64,000 nucleotides of DNA, taken from positions 1 through 64,000 of IMG/VR virus record IMGVR_UViG_3300028800_000059; one strand, written 5' to 3'. Of this stretch, positions 26,410 through 34,764 are shown piece by piece (the first letter of the stretch is position 1; the number at the start of each line of letters is the position of its first letter). Origin of the DNA: a virus. A program made the position numbers and the translations under genes. The notes under the pieces were generated by a model. It did no database searches and was not told the origin of the DNA. It worked only from the letters and a program-made list of their open reading frames with translations.

Positions 26410-26526
26410 AATTAAACTGCACAGACTTGTCAACCGGCCGGGCAACTTTATAACGCCCGCAACTTCGTTTTTTCTCCCATCCGCGCGGTACAATCCGCGG
26501 GCAAGCCACCCTTCTATCGGGTGGCA
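26410..26526 (-). ncRNA. GC-rich multi-hairpin RNA candidate
   Basis: GCCACCC/GGGTGGC and CGCGG/CCGCG hairpins between tRNA-like units. Confidence 0.35.
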
Positions 26527-26533
26527 AGAAACT

Positions 26534-26607
26534 TGGTGGACCTGGAAGGAATCGAACCCTCAATTGATCGGTGCAAGCGAACCGGTATCCCGTTTACCTA
26601 CAAGCCC
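26534..26607 (-). tRNA. tRNA-Ala(TGC)
   Basis: Loop CTTGCAC; G3.U70; CCA. Confidence 0.9.
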
Positions 26608-26613
26608 AAACTA

Positions 26614-26691
26614 AACGTTAGAGCCCAGATTTGCACTGGTTAGCATCGCACTAGTAGCGATCCCCCGGCCGATGGCCAAGTGTTCCTCTAA
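26614..26691 (-). ncRNA. tRNA-like cloverleaf with central CUA in the anticodon loop
   Basis: ATCGC-TACTAGT-GCGAT arm, CCAG-TGCAAAT-CTGG T-arm, TTAGAG/CTCTAA acceptor; no encoded CCA. Confidence 0.45.
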
Positions 26692-26720
26692 TTTTCAACG
26701 ATACTCTAACACAAACTTTA

Positions 26721-27670
26721 TGGCGGGCGATGGACGTGGGAACGCTCCATCATTTCTCTCAAACGCGAATGAGAACCAGCCAATTGTTTTAGCCACGCAT
26801 CTTTTCAGATGGCCGTATGCAGCAATTCAATCTCGGTTTCTGTTGATTGGCGCGACATATAAAACCGTCCCTCATTTCAGACTTTCGGTCGGATAAGGCT
26901 AATTTTTAAAGGGCGACGGCTTCATAGCCGGTCTTTTAAATGTGAGGGGTTTTCACCCAACATCCCGTATTTTCATATCCCCGGCTGGTTCGCTAGTCCA
27001 GCACCTCCCGTCCCGTGACGGATGTTCTTATGCGATTAAACTACAGGAATTCTATAGGTGCCCCGGGTGCCCTTTCAGACACGATAGCTTGTCTTATTTG
27101 CGTAAGACTTCTATCCTCACTGGCCTGGCCCAGCCCTTTTTCGCAAAAATTAGGACAATATTCGGCCATCAGGATCAAGGACGTAAAGGCGCCCAGAGTT
27201 TTCTGGAGTTTCACCATGCGCCTCTGAGCGGGGCAATCTTTATATTTCTTTCGTCAGAACTGATTACTCATAGTGGAATTGCGCCACTACCTCCGGTTTT
27301 GTAACCGGCGTCCTCCTATTAGACTAATGAACTTCTACAGAGGTCTTGCAAGACACTCACGGCCACGATGGGCACTCAAAGAATCAGCCCTGACGAAAGA
27401 AATATTCCACAATGTAAGCGACAGAAAAGCGTCAGGCGGGCTTATACCGCAACATCAATCTTTATGCGAAGTTTGATGTTAGTGCAATTCGCTACTTACT
27501 CAATCACCTTGCAAGGAGTAATTTCTTTTCCCGATTTTGTTTTTGTTCGCCCTTTCGAGGAAACATGCCGGATCATTACCGGTCTCGATGGAATTTATAT
27601 CCCGCGCCACTCTACCGCGGTCAAAATTACTGATCGTGTAGACGCCTTCCTGACGTTTACATTGTGGTTT
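26721..27670 (-). ncRNA. Giant ornate ncRNA candidate (GOLLD/ROOL-like) with embedded tRNA-like domain
   Basis: No credible ORF; many GNRA hairpins and long-range helices; 24-bp stalk 27242-27265/27382-27405. Confidence 0.65.
27266..27332 (-). tRNA. Degenerate tRNA-Val(TAC)-like element inside the large RNA
   Basis: D-arm, CCGGT-TACAAA-ACCGG arm (6-nt loop), AGTGG-CGCAATT-CCACT T-arm. Confidence 0.4.
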
Positions 27671-27676
27671 AGAAAT

Positions 27677-27753
27677 TGGCCGGGGCGGCGGGATTTAAAC
27701 CCACGTCACCTTCCTTGAGAGGGAAGCATCCTAGATCGCTAGACGACGCCTCG
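27677..27753 (-). tRNA. tRNA-Glu(CTC)
   Basis: CTTCC-CTCTCAA-GGAAG; CCA. Confidence 0.85.
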
Positions 27754-27784
27754 GCAGATTTCTCGTTTTCTATTAACTTGTCAA

Positions 27785-28197
27785 ACAGCGGTAGTTTCTC
27801 TTTTCGCAATTACCGAACTTCTAAAGATAAGAGCCTGTGGCCCAGGTTTATCAAATAATTTACTTCGGTAACTGGGAAAAGAGAGGGACACACACATAGT
27901 CCCAACTCTTTCCTTTACTCTAAGGCGAACTAGCCACCCAGACTTGCTGTTCGCACCTGATGCCCCGGCTTTGCATTGGCATCTTTCCCTTGTTTCATTT
28001 TCTCTCCAGTGTCCCCAATGCCGGGGCTTAAAAATGAAAATGAAACAATCTTCAAATAACCTTTCACTTCGATGGGCTCATGCCCTCCATGAAAGGGTAA
28101 TTAGTTCTTAATGTGTTATTCTACATTTAATCCGAAGCGATTTTCTACCTAGTCATTTCACACCTTCCCTGTCTAGAAATTACCAACCGATTTAACT
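27785..28197 (-). ncRNA. Structured 5' leader/ncRNA of the RNA operon, with interleaved helices
   Basis: Hairpins plus crossing pairings 27962-27979/28015-28027 and 27990-28001/28037-28048. Confidence 0.5.
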
Positions 28198-28202
28198 TTT
28201 GC

Positions 28203-28231
28203 AGTATATCAGAAACAAAAGTGGTATTCAA
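28203..28231 (-). promoter_or_regulatory. Sigma70 promoter driving the RNA operon
   Basis: TTGAAT-17-TATACT. Confidence 0.7.
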
Positions 28232-28333
28232 CAAAAAAATGTAATCGATCTAATTGTTTTTTGGTAATCTAAAAATGTGATAGAGAGAGCGTAGTTATAT
28301 ATATGCGCGAAACAAAAAAATTCTAGAAAAAAT

Positions 28334-28633
28334 TTAATGGTTGTTAGGCACGAAAGCTAAAGCAATTCCATAGGCCTGATCCGATTTATATAACCAGCCA
28401 CCAGGAACTTCTATTCGGGATAATTCGTAACAAACACGTTCCCAATGTTTGGTTGGGTCCTTGGCGGGCGGTAAATCTCCCGCCAAATGATCCGGTAGTG
28501 GTTCTACGGCAGCATGATATGGTGCAGGATCGGCATATGGGTCTACTCCTTCACTCATATTTTTTCTCCTAAATGGTTTTATAAAAACTTCATCGAACTT
28601 ATCATCAGACCACAGGGCAGGATGACAAGCCAT
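28334..28633 (-). CDS. Hypothetical protein
   Basis: C-terminal R.EVPGGWLY...AFVP motif; start probably MSEGVD. Confidence 0.55.
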   Translation of the reverse strand: MACHPALWSDDKFDEVFIKPFRRKNMSEGVDPYADPAPYHAAVEPLPDHLAGDLPPAKDPTKHWERVCYELSRIEVPGGWLYKSDQAYGIALAFVPNNH

Positions 28634-28641
28634 TGAAATTT

Positions 28642-29316
28642 TTACTGGTCGCTAACTACAGTGCCGCTCGTCCGATCCATGAACGCCGGAAGTTCCGGCA
28701 TTTCATCAAATGCTGGATCGACGCCAGGAGTATCCAACGTCTTAGGAAGTGCCGGGGCAGCAGTATTTGCCGCTGGGACATCCTTCTTTGGACCAACCGC
28801 CACAACTTTCTTTGTGGACTTTGGAGCATCCGCAGGCTTTGCCGGCACCGTAGGAGCCATCACAACACTCTTAGGCTTCGTAGGTGCCTTGACTTTCTTG
28901 ACCGCAGGCTTCGGAGCCGCAGGCTTTGCAACTTTCTTGGCAGGCTTGGCGGCCTTCTTCTTCGCCGCAGCAGCTTTCGCCATGTTCGTCACAACAGCAG
29001 CATCAACACTGGCCGTAGTCTGCGGGCCAGTCTTCGGAAGATTCTTTGTTGGCTCTGTTCCAGGCTTGACACCAGCCTTGAAGCCAGTGAACTTCTCCGC
29101 GTTGACTAGCTTGTAACCAGTCACCTTGCGGCCGTCCTTCTGGGTCTCGACCTTGCCCTTTGCCTTATTGGCAATCTCCCAAACATATGTTGAAAGACGC
29201 TGGGCGACCATTCCTGTCTTGGCCATCAGAGCCTCGACCTTTGCCATGGCGACGAATTCACCTGGATGTGCTGCCAGAAGTTCCAGCAGGTGTTCATATT
29301 GTTTCGTTTTCATCAT
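28642..29316 (-). CDS. Winged-helix DNA-binding protein with histone H1-like Lys/Ala/Pro tail
   Basis: RLSTYVWEI...G.VE..KDGRKVTGYKL followed by AKPAKKVAKPAAPKPAVKK repeats; first gene after a TTGAAG-17-TAGACT promoter. Confidence 0.6.
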   Translation of the reverse strand: MMKTKQYEHLLELLAAHPGEFVAMAKVEALMAKTGMVAQRLSTYVWEIANKAKGKVETQKDGRKVTGYKLVNAEKFTGFKAGVKPGTEPTKNLPKTGPQTTASVDAAVVTNMAKAAAAKKKAAKPAKKVAKPAAPKPAVKKVKAPTKPKSVVMAPTVPAKPADAPKSTKKVVAVGPKKDVPAANTAAPALPKTLDTPGVDPAFDEMPELPAFMDRTSGTVVSDQ

Positions 29317-29660
29317 ATTTCTCCATCATGTTGTTGTGGCAATATTGCCTTCAAATTCGATTCAGTCTAACATAGTTCTAGGTGGACTTCAACTATTATT
29401 CCTCCTCTAGAATTTCGTCGGCATAAAGTTCCTGACAGCCGAGACACCAACATGCCTCGTCCTTTTTATTTTTAAGACGGACCCATGATTCCACATCAAA
29501 ATCCGTGTCAATTAGTACGTCGCCGCATTTTTGGCACCACATGACACTCATTAGATTTTTCTCCAAATCCAAATGGCGATTTCTCGCATGAACAAGTAAG
29601 CGGCGAAACTCATTAAAAGAGCAACCAGCCCGTATGTAATGTCGGCGCCTAGATCAACGC

Positions 29661-29855
29661 TCATGCGATCATCCTCAATTCTGATTTCGAGCGCCCTTTA
29701 TATTTTTCGAAATACGAAAGGGCAGATGCCTTATTGTTAAACACATAAGTACCGCGCTTGTTCAACGAAACTTTGAAAAGATTTGGTGAAGTTTGTACGA
29801 CCATTGCCCCGGTCATTTCACATTTCTTGATTACGGTGGGATTAAAAACACTCAT
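29661..29855 (-). CDS. Hypothetical protein
   Basis: ORF track. Confidence 0.5.
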   Translation of the reverse strand: MSVFNPTVIKKCEMTGAMVVQTSPNLFKVSLNKRGTYVFNNKASALSYFEKYKGRSKSELRMIA

Positions 29856-30052
29856 ATACTAACAACCTTTGCCAATCCCATAAATCCAGCGGCCCCTTCA
29901 TATACGCGCTTCATTAATCCAGCTTCGATCAATTCATCCACCACTGCCAATTCTTCCTCGCGAAGCATTCCCTCAAAGAAAGGAGTGTTGCAGAAATTCA
30001 AAAGTTCTGCAACAACCTCCGATTTCTTTTTGAGATATATCCAGGGCTTCAT
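29852..30052 (-). CDS. Hypothetical protein
   Basis: Start reassigned to MKPWIY. Confidence 0.5.
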   Translation of the reverse strand: MKPWIYLKKKSEVVAELLNFCNTPFFEGMLREEELAVVDELIEAGLMKRVYEGAAGFMGLAKVVSI

Positions 30053-30053
30053 T

Positions 30054-30374
30054 TTACGCCATTGGCATTGGATAAAGATCAGGCGCCTCGTCCCAATCGT
30101 CCTTGGTCGCAAAGCGATTGTTGCCGCGACCCATAATGCCGCCAGTACGTTCACCAAGAACTTCATTCTCAAAATCAGGACGATTTAGAAAATTCCAGTC
30201 CTCGGAATTCATCTGTTCGCGAACCTGTTTGAGAGATTCCTCCATGCCCTTCTGGACTGATTCCTTGGTTGGATACTGCCCAACCGGAAGAGTGTAAGTG
30301 ACCACGGCAGTCTGATTGCCGTCAGTCATGCGAATCTTCAAATCGACCTCAAATGGTCCGTGCATATCACTCAT
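30054..30374 (-). CDS. Hypothetical protein
   Basis: ORF track; higher-GC, early-gene-like codon usage. Confidence 0.55.
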   Translation of the reverse strand: MSDMHGPFEVDLKIRMTDGNQTAVVTYTLPVGQYPTKESVQKGMEESLKQVREQMNSEDWNFLNRPDFENEVLGERTGGIMGRGNNRFATKDDWDEAPDLYPMPMA

Positions 30375-30562
30375 ATTTTTTCTCCTGGTTTATCTACAAA
30401 CACATTATGCAACCTATCGAGAATTGCCCTGTCCTCTGGCAAAAACATGCCTCGGTTAGTCTGGGCGATTGCCTTTTGAATTATTCGGGCTTCCTCCCAT
30501 GAAAGAATCATTTTATAATTGCCGGATAAGAGCCCTGCAACTTTATGTAGCTTGATTTCCAT
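30371..30562 (-). CDS. Hypothetical protein
   Basis: ORF track. Confidence 0.5.
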   Translation of the reverse strand: MEIKLHKVAGLLSGNYKMILSWEEARIIQKAIAQTNRGMFLPEDRAILDRLHNVFVDKPGEKI

Positions 30563-30732
30563 TTCTTAATCCTTGCAATCCGTTTCGGCTTCCATCTGCG
30601 CCCAAAGACTTTCATACGGACTCAGGTCGCCCTCATAGTCGATGGAACGAGCCTGTTTGAAATATCCCATATCGGCCAACATTTTTCGAAAGGCCGCTAA
30701 AATTTCACGTTTGTTCCAATCAGGTAATTCCA

Positions 30733-30948
30733 TCACAGCTTCTCCGCAAACCTCGCCGTGGGATGTTTCAGCGTCTTATGATTCTCGTCTGCCATCTTGA
30801 GGACCACAGCCCCAAACTGGCGACTGACTTCATACGCCGCAACCCAAGCCTTCTCCTCCGTCTCCGCCACAATCTTGGCGACCTTTTGTTTGCTGGCCTT
30901 CTCCTTCGGCTCGATAGGATAGAGCATCGTTGCATAGAAAGTTTTCAT
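30733..30948 (-). CDS. Hypothetical protein
   Basis: ORF track; AGGAG RBS. Confidence 0.55.
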   Translation of the reverse strand: MKTFYATMLYPIEPKEKASKQKVAKIVAETEEKAWVAAYEVSRQFGAVVLKMADENHKTLKHPTARFAEKL

Positions 30949-31254
30949 ATCACATTACTCCTTCTTTGCGGCGCGGAGCGCCATCTGTTCTGGCGTGGTC
31001 TTCCACACCAACCACTTCATCAACTCTTCCTCATATCGCCTCTTTTCAGCGGCAATCTGGGCGGTAGTCATGACACAATCTCCTTATTTCTCACTGTTAG
31101 ATTGTCTCATAAAACCAATCAAAATACACGAAAAAAGAAGAGTAATTTTATTGCTTTTTTACCTCTAAAGCGGCAATTGCCTTTTCTAAGACTTTCACCC
31201 TTTCATTCAAAAAATAGAGAAAAAACAATGCGAGGAATCCCAGTGCCATTTTTT

Positions 31255-31479
31255 TCACCACCCTAATGATTTTGAAATTTCTGGCGTAAATCCACCAACT
31301 TCATCCATTCGTTCCTTGATGCGATTCATAATCACCACTTGACGATTTAGCACGTCTTCAAAGGAATCCATTCCGATGGCTTCCATTCCAGGACTGTCAA
31401 GAAACCGCCACCAATAACATAGATCATATCTGGAAGCGGCTTCGACTTCGGCCATCGTTGGATAGGATTCTTTCCTCAT
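31255..31479 (-). CDS. Hypothetical protein
   Basis: YPT.AEVEAA.R..L..W.RFL.SPG...GG.TPEISK..GW motif. Confidence 0.6.
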   Translation of the reverse strand: MRKESYPTMAEVEAASRYDLCYWWRFLDSPGMEAIGMDSFEDVLNRQVVIMNRIKERMDEVGGFTPEISKSLGW

Positions 31480-31680
31480 GAAACACGGCCAAAAATTTGT
31501 TTGTGCATCCTCTTCGCAATTTCGGAGAGCCGGTGACGCTCAGCCTTGTATTCCGCATGTTGTTTGATCCACGAACCGACGCCGCAGGTATCCTTGGTGT
31601 CTTCGATGGCCTGGTCAAGATCGGCCAGGCGCACCAGCATTTTTTCATATTGAACGCGAATATCACTCACTTCCTTCTCC

Positions 31681-32205
31681 TTACTTGGACGCGACCTCAG
31701 CGTCAGCCCTATTCTTAGCACGTTCCATGGCTTCATTCAAGTCCAAATACTGGGCGGGATTTTCAACGACCACGTTCCGTTCCCAGACCCAAATCGGGAG
31801 ATAAACTTCGACCTTCCCGACGCCGCCCTGACCATTGCGCCTAGACACAACGCGAACGACCTTACCCTTTTCAGGCTTTTCAGCCGCTTCCTGCTGGCGC
31901 CTCACGTTCTCATTGTAGTATTTCTGAACCAGCCATGCGCGATAGGCTTCCACGACTTCGGGAGTGGCATCGACATTTGCCTTTCCCTGCGGGCCGCCTT
32001 CCGTGTGCTGATAGACGACTTGCTTGGCGGCGTTGCCGTCCCAGACAAGAGCCCACCACTGAGTGCCCCAAATATCAGACATGACCTGCCAGGGGCCACT
32101 GGACAACTTTAGAACCGCGCCCTCATATTCAGTCACAAAAGCGCCCTGCTCCTCCTTGGGATATTTCCAGGACTCTTCCTTGTAAACGTATCGAGTGACG
32201 GACAT
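31681..32205 (-). CDS. Hypothetical early protein
   Basis: Start MSVTRY; VDATPEVVEAYRAW...KGKVVRVV motif. Confidence 0.6.
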   Translation of the reverse strand: MSVTRYVYKEESWKYPKEEQGAFVTEYEGAVLKLSSGPWQVMSDIWGTQWWALVWDGNAAKQVVYQHTEGGPQGKANVDATPEVVEAYRAWLVQKYYNENVRRQQEAAEKPEKGKVVRVVSRRNGQGGVGKVEVYLPIWVWERNVVVENPAQYLDLNEAMERAKNRADAEVASK

Positions 32206-32533
32206 TTTGGCGTCCCTTTCGTTCTTTCGATGCTCATAATCTAGCATAGAACGACGGAAATATAATTGCGTTGTTTTATTAACTTTTGTAATTAAATTAC
32301 GCGCTCATTAGAAGGCTTTTGGGTGCGTTCTGGAAAGCGGTATGACTGATTGCCTATGCTCTACTACCAAAACCACCCAGTGACCGTCTAATAGAGCCAG
32401 GAAAATCCAGTCTCATTAGAAGGTCGTACAGCGGTCTAGAGACTGTTCTATAGGACTTCATAAGCCGATATACGGCAAAGCCGCCCTGGAGCCCGGAAAA
32501 CCATACGTAATTTTATTGCGCGTTTTGCATCAA

Positions 32534-32571
32534 AAATCCCTTTCTATCATTTTACTGATAGAAAGGGATTT
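32534..32571. terminator. Strong stem-loop terminator
   Basis: AAATCCCTTTCTATCA-N6-TGATAGAAAGGGATTT, 16-bp perfect stem. Confidence 0.7.
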
Positions 32572-32607
32572 CATCATCACCTAAAAATTCACATGCTCAA
32601 ATATTTG

Positions 32608-32976
32608 CTAATGTGATCTGTGATGGTATCCTTCATTGTAATAAGGATCATATCCGCGATTTTGATATTGCCCCTCATTATCATATCCTCTACTGTTATA
32701 TCTCCTCTCGGTATGTCGGAAATGACTTCGACTGTCCCTGTCATTGTGCCAATAATTCCATTCAACCGGACTTCTGTCCCGATTGTAACCGTTACAATCC
32801 TGATATAGGAAAATGTTTCCTACCGACGTTGTTTCACAATCGACGGTTCTCAGGTAATTAGGATTGAACATGGTATCGCTCACTGGAGCGGCCGAGGCCA
32901 ATGGAATGGCTCCTACACAAAGAGCAAGACCAAAAAGGGGCGCCAAAATTAAATTTTTCATTTTAAAAATCCTCAT
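32608..32976 (-). CDS. Secreted Tyr/Arg/His/Asn-rich protein
   Basis: Signal peptide (ASA-APV) and low-complexity tail. Confidence 0.55.
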   Translation of the reverse strand: MRIFKMKNLILAPLFGLALCVGAIPLASAAPVSDTMFNPNYLRTVDCETTSVGNIFLYQDCNGYNRDRSPVEWNYWHNDRDSRSHFRHTERRYNSRGYDNEGQYQNRGYDPYYNEGYHHRSH

Positions 32977-33120
32977 AATATTTGGATTTACGTTTTACGT
33001 AATCAATTCACATTCACCAAAAATTCAATGTGATAATGGAAGTGCCATAGGCCCTTGTCCATTCTTTTAATTATACTGTACTTGGGATTTATTGTATGTT
33101 CACTTAAAGACAGAAGGAAT

Positions 33121-33573
33121 TTATATTTGGACGCCAAACTTTGCAAGTTTTGGTCCCCATGCCAAGAAATTTTGGCCGTGCCCCATTGTCTGTCCTGTTA
33201 GATATTCGTAAATATGAACACACTCATGAGCCAAGACTGAAAGGAAGTGTTTATGGCTTTTGAATCGGTGATTGATACTCAGATTGATTACAACAGTTTC
33301 TTGCCCATCTTCATTCAAAACATATCCACCAGTTTCAGCCCAGCACTTGTGCCGGCGGCGGACTTCGATTTTATCTGGCTTTCTCAATTGTCCGCTAAAC
33401 ACTTCCTTGTTGATTATGGCAAACCATTTTTCCACATAGTCAACAGTGGGACGAAAAGGACAATGTTTGGGAGATTCTACGAAATAGGCATCGGCCATCA
33501 TGGCCTTGGCAAGTTTGCTTTTGGCAATAATGGATTTCTTTGGTCTTACGGAGACAGTTACGCCTTTTGCCAT
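33121..33573 (-). CDS. SprT-like zinc metalloprotease
   Basis: LAHECVH (HExxH) ... HG.NF..W. Confidence 0.8.
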   Translation of the reverse strand: MAKGVTVSVRPKKSIIAKSKLAKAMMADAYFVESPKHCPFRPTVDYVEKWFAIINKEVFSGQLRKPDKIEVRRRHKCWAETGGYVLNEDGQETVVINLSINHRFKSHKHFLSVLAHECVHIYEYLTGQTMGHGQNFLAWGPKLAKFGVQI

Positions 33574-33628
33574 ACCAGTTTCCCTCTCTACTCCTATTTA
33601 TCCTTTGAGAGGGCTTTGGAACAAATTT

Positions 33629-34123
33629 CTAATTTTTAGTAGGAGCGTCAGTTCTGGGATCAAAAGGATGGGTCTGAAAATCATTCAATCCATTATATCC
33701 TTGTTTATCGTCCTTTTTGCCAGCGCCCTTCATACCAAAAACAACAATACCGTTTTTAACCTGTTCCTCTGCCTTTTCCAAGGCATCTTCCTCATTTTTA
33801 GTTCTAGGTATAACATAGGTTTGTGGTGGAAATGTATCGGTTGCTTTTTTGGCCGAAAACAAATCATCCACGTTGATTAGCCATAGATAGATTTTATTTC
33901 CTTGAACCATGTGATGAAGGAATTGAAATTTCTCACCAGCCGGCACCCCAACAATAGGCTGGGCTCTGAAATAATCCTCGGCTCGCCAACTGTAAAGCGA
34001 AAACATTAGAACAATTGGAATTAAAATAATTAATACCCAGCGTCGGCTTACTGTGAAAAACGTCAAAAGCCCTAATCCAAAAAGCGAAAAGGCAACCGAA
34101 AGAATAAGGAGTGAATCAAACAT
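33629..34123 (-). CDS. Membrane-anchored partner of the MotA/MotB-like pair
   Basis: Two N-terminal TMs, soluble C-terminal domain; translationally coupled. Confidence 0.6.
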   Translation of the reverse strand: MFDSLLILSVAFSLFGLGLLTFFTVSRRWVLIILIPIVLMFSLYSWRAEDYFRAQPIVGVPAGEKFQFLHHMVQGNKIYLWLINVDDLFSAKKATDTFPPQTYVIPRTKNEEDALEKAEEQVKNGIVVFGMKGAGKKDDKQGYNGLNDFQTHPFDPRTDAPTKN

Positions 34124-34761
34124 TATTGGGGTGCCCTCCCGCCTTCATGAAACAAGCTTCTGAAAGGTTCGGTCGTTAAATTGACCACATTTTTATCTTG
34201 ATCGAACGTTATTCGAGCCAATGTTTTTTCCTGAGCCATCGTATCAAAATCGACTGTTTGAGTATAGATGATCTTGTAAGTTGGCAGATACGTAATGACG
34301 GTAATTTTTACGCTAACTGGAACCCGTTCATCGCTCTTGGTATAAAATTGTGCATTGAAAATATATTCGCCTGGAATAATTTTATTGATGGTCATGACTT
34401 CGCGGCGATAATCTGTTTTAACCACTTGGCCATTGACTACTTCGGTATCCGTAGCATTTCCTCTATCGTCTCTATCCAAGGACATAAACCCTGCCTGCCG
34501 CTGATAGAAATAACACAGGGCGTTGTTTGGATCGGCTGCCCACAAATCTATATCGTCATTATAACCATCGTTCCATTCCAAAATGACCTGCATTTCGGCC
34601 TGCGGTTTAATGTTTTCGGTTTTATGTGGATTGATTACAATCAACAACATGACGGCCAAGATAAGAACCAGCCGCATGGTCATATTCAGGATCATATCCG
34701 TGAACCCAATATCTTGGCGATATCGAGCCCGCTTGCCTTGCTTGGCAAATTTCCGCGACAT
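34123..34761 (-). CDS. MotB/ExbD-like single-TM protein with YfaP/DUF2135-like domain
   Basis: GFTDMI TM with Asp; LEW...DIDLW..DP...LDRDD.G...E...PGEY..N. Confidence 0.6.
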   Translation of the reverse strand: MSRKFAKQGKRARYRQDIGFTDMILNMTMRLVLILAVMLLIVINPHKTENIKPQAEMQVILEWNDGYNDDIDLWAADPNNALCYFYQRQAGFMSLDRDDRGNATDTEVVNGQVVKTDYRREVMTINKIIPGEYIFNAQFYTKSDERVPVSVKITVITYLPTYKIIYTQTVDFDTMAQEKTLARITFDQDKNVVNLTTEPFRSLFHEGGRAPQ

Positions 34762-34764
34762 GAA

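Noticed and set aside
26721-27670. Group I/II intron, RNase P RNA or hammerhead ribozyme
   Set aside because: No interrupted host gene, and no clear domain V, P7 or GAGGAAAGUCC/CUGAUGA cores by eye; a covariance search is still needed
26354-27858. ORF-track proteins across the RNA locus
   Set aside because: No RBS or protein-like composition; they are shadows of structured RNA
28633-29116. Plus-strand ORFs opposite the H1-like protein
   Set aside because: Antisense artefacts of low-complexity, codon-biased sequence
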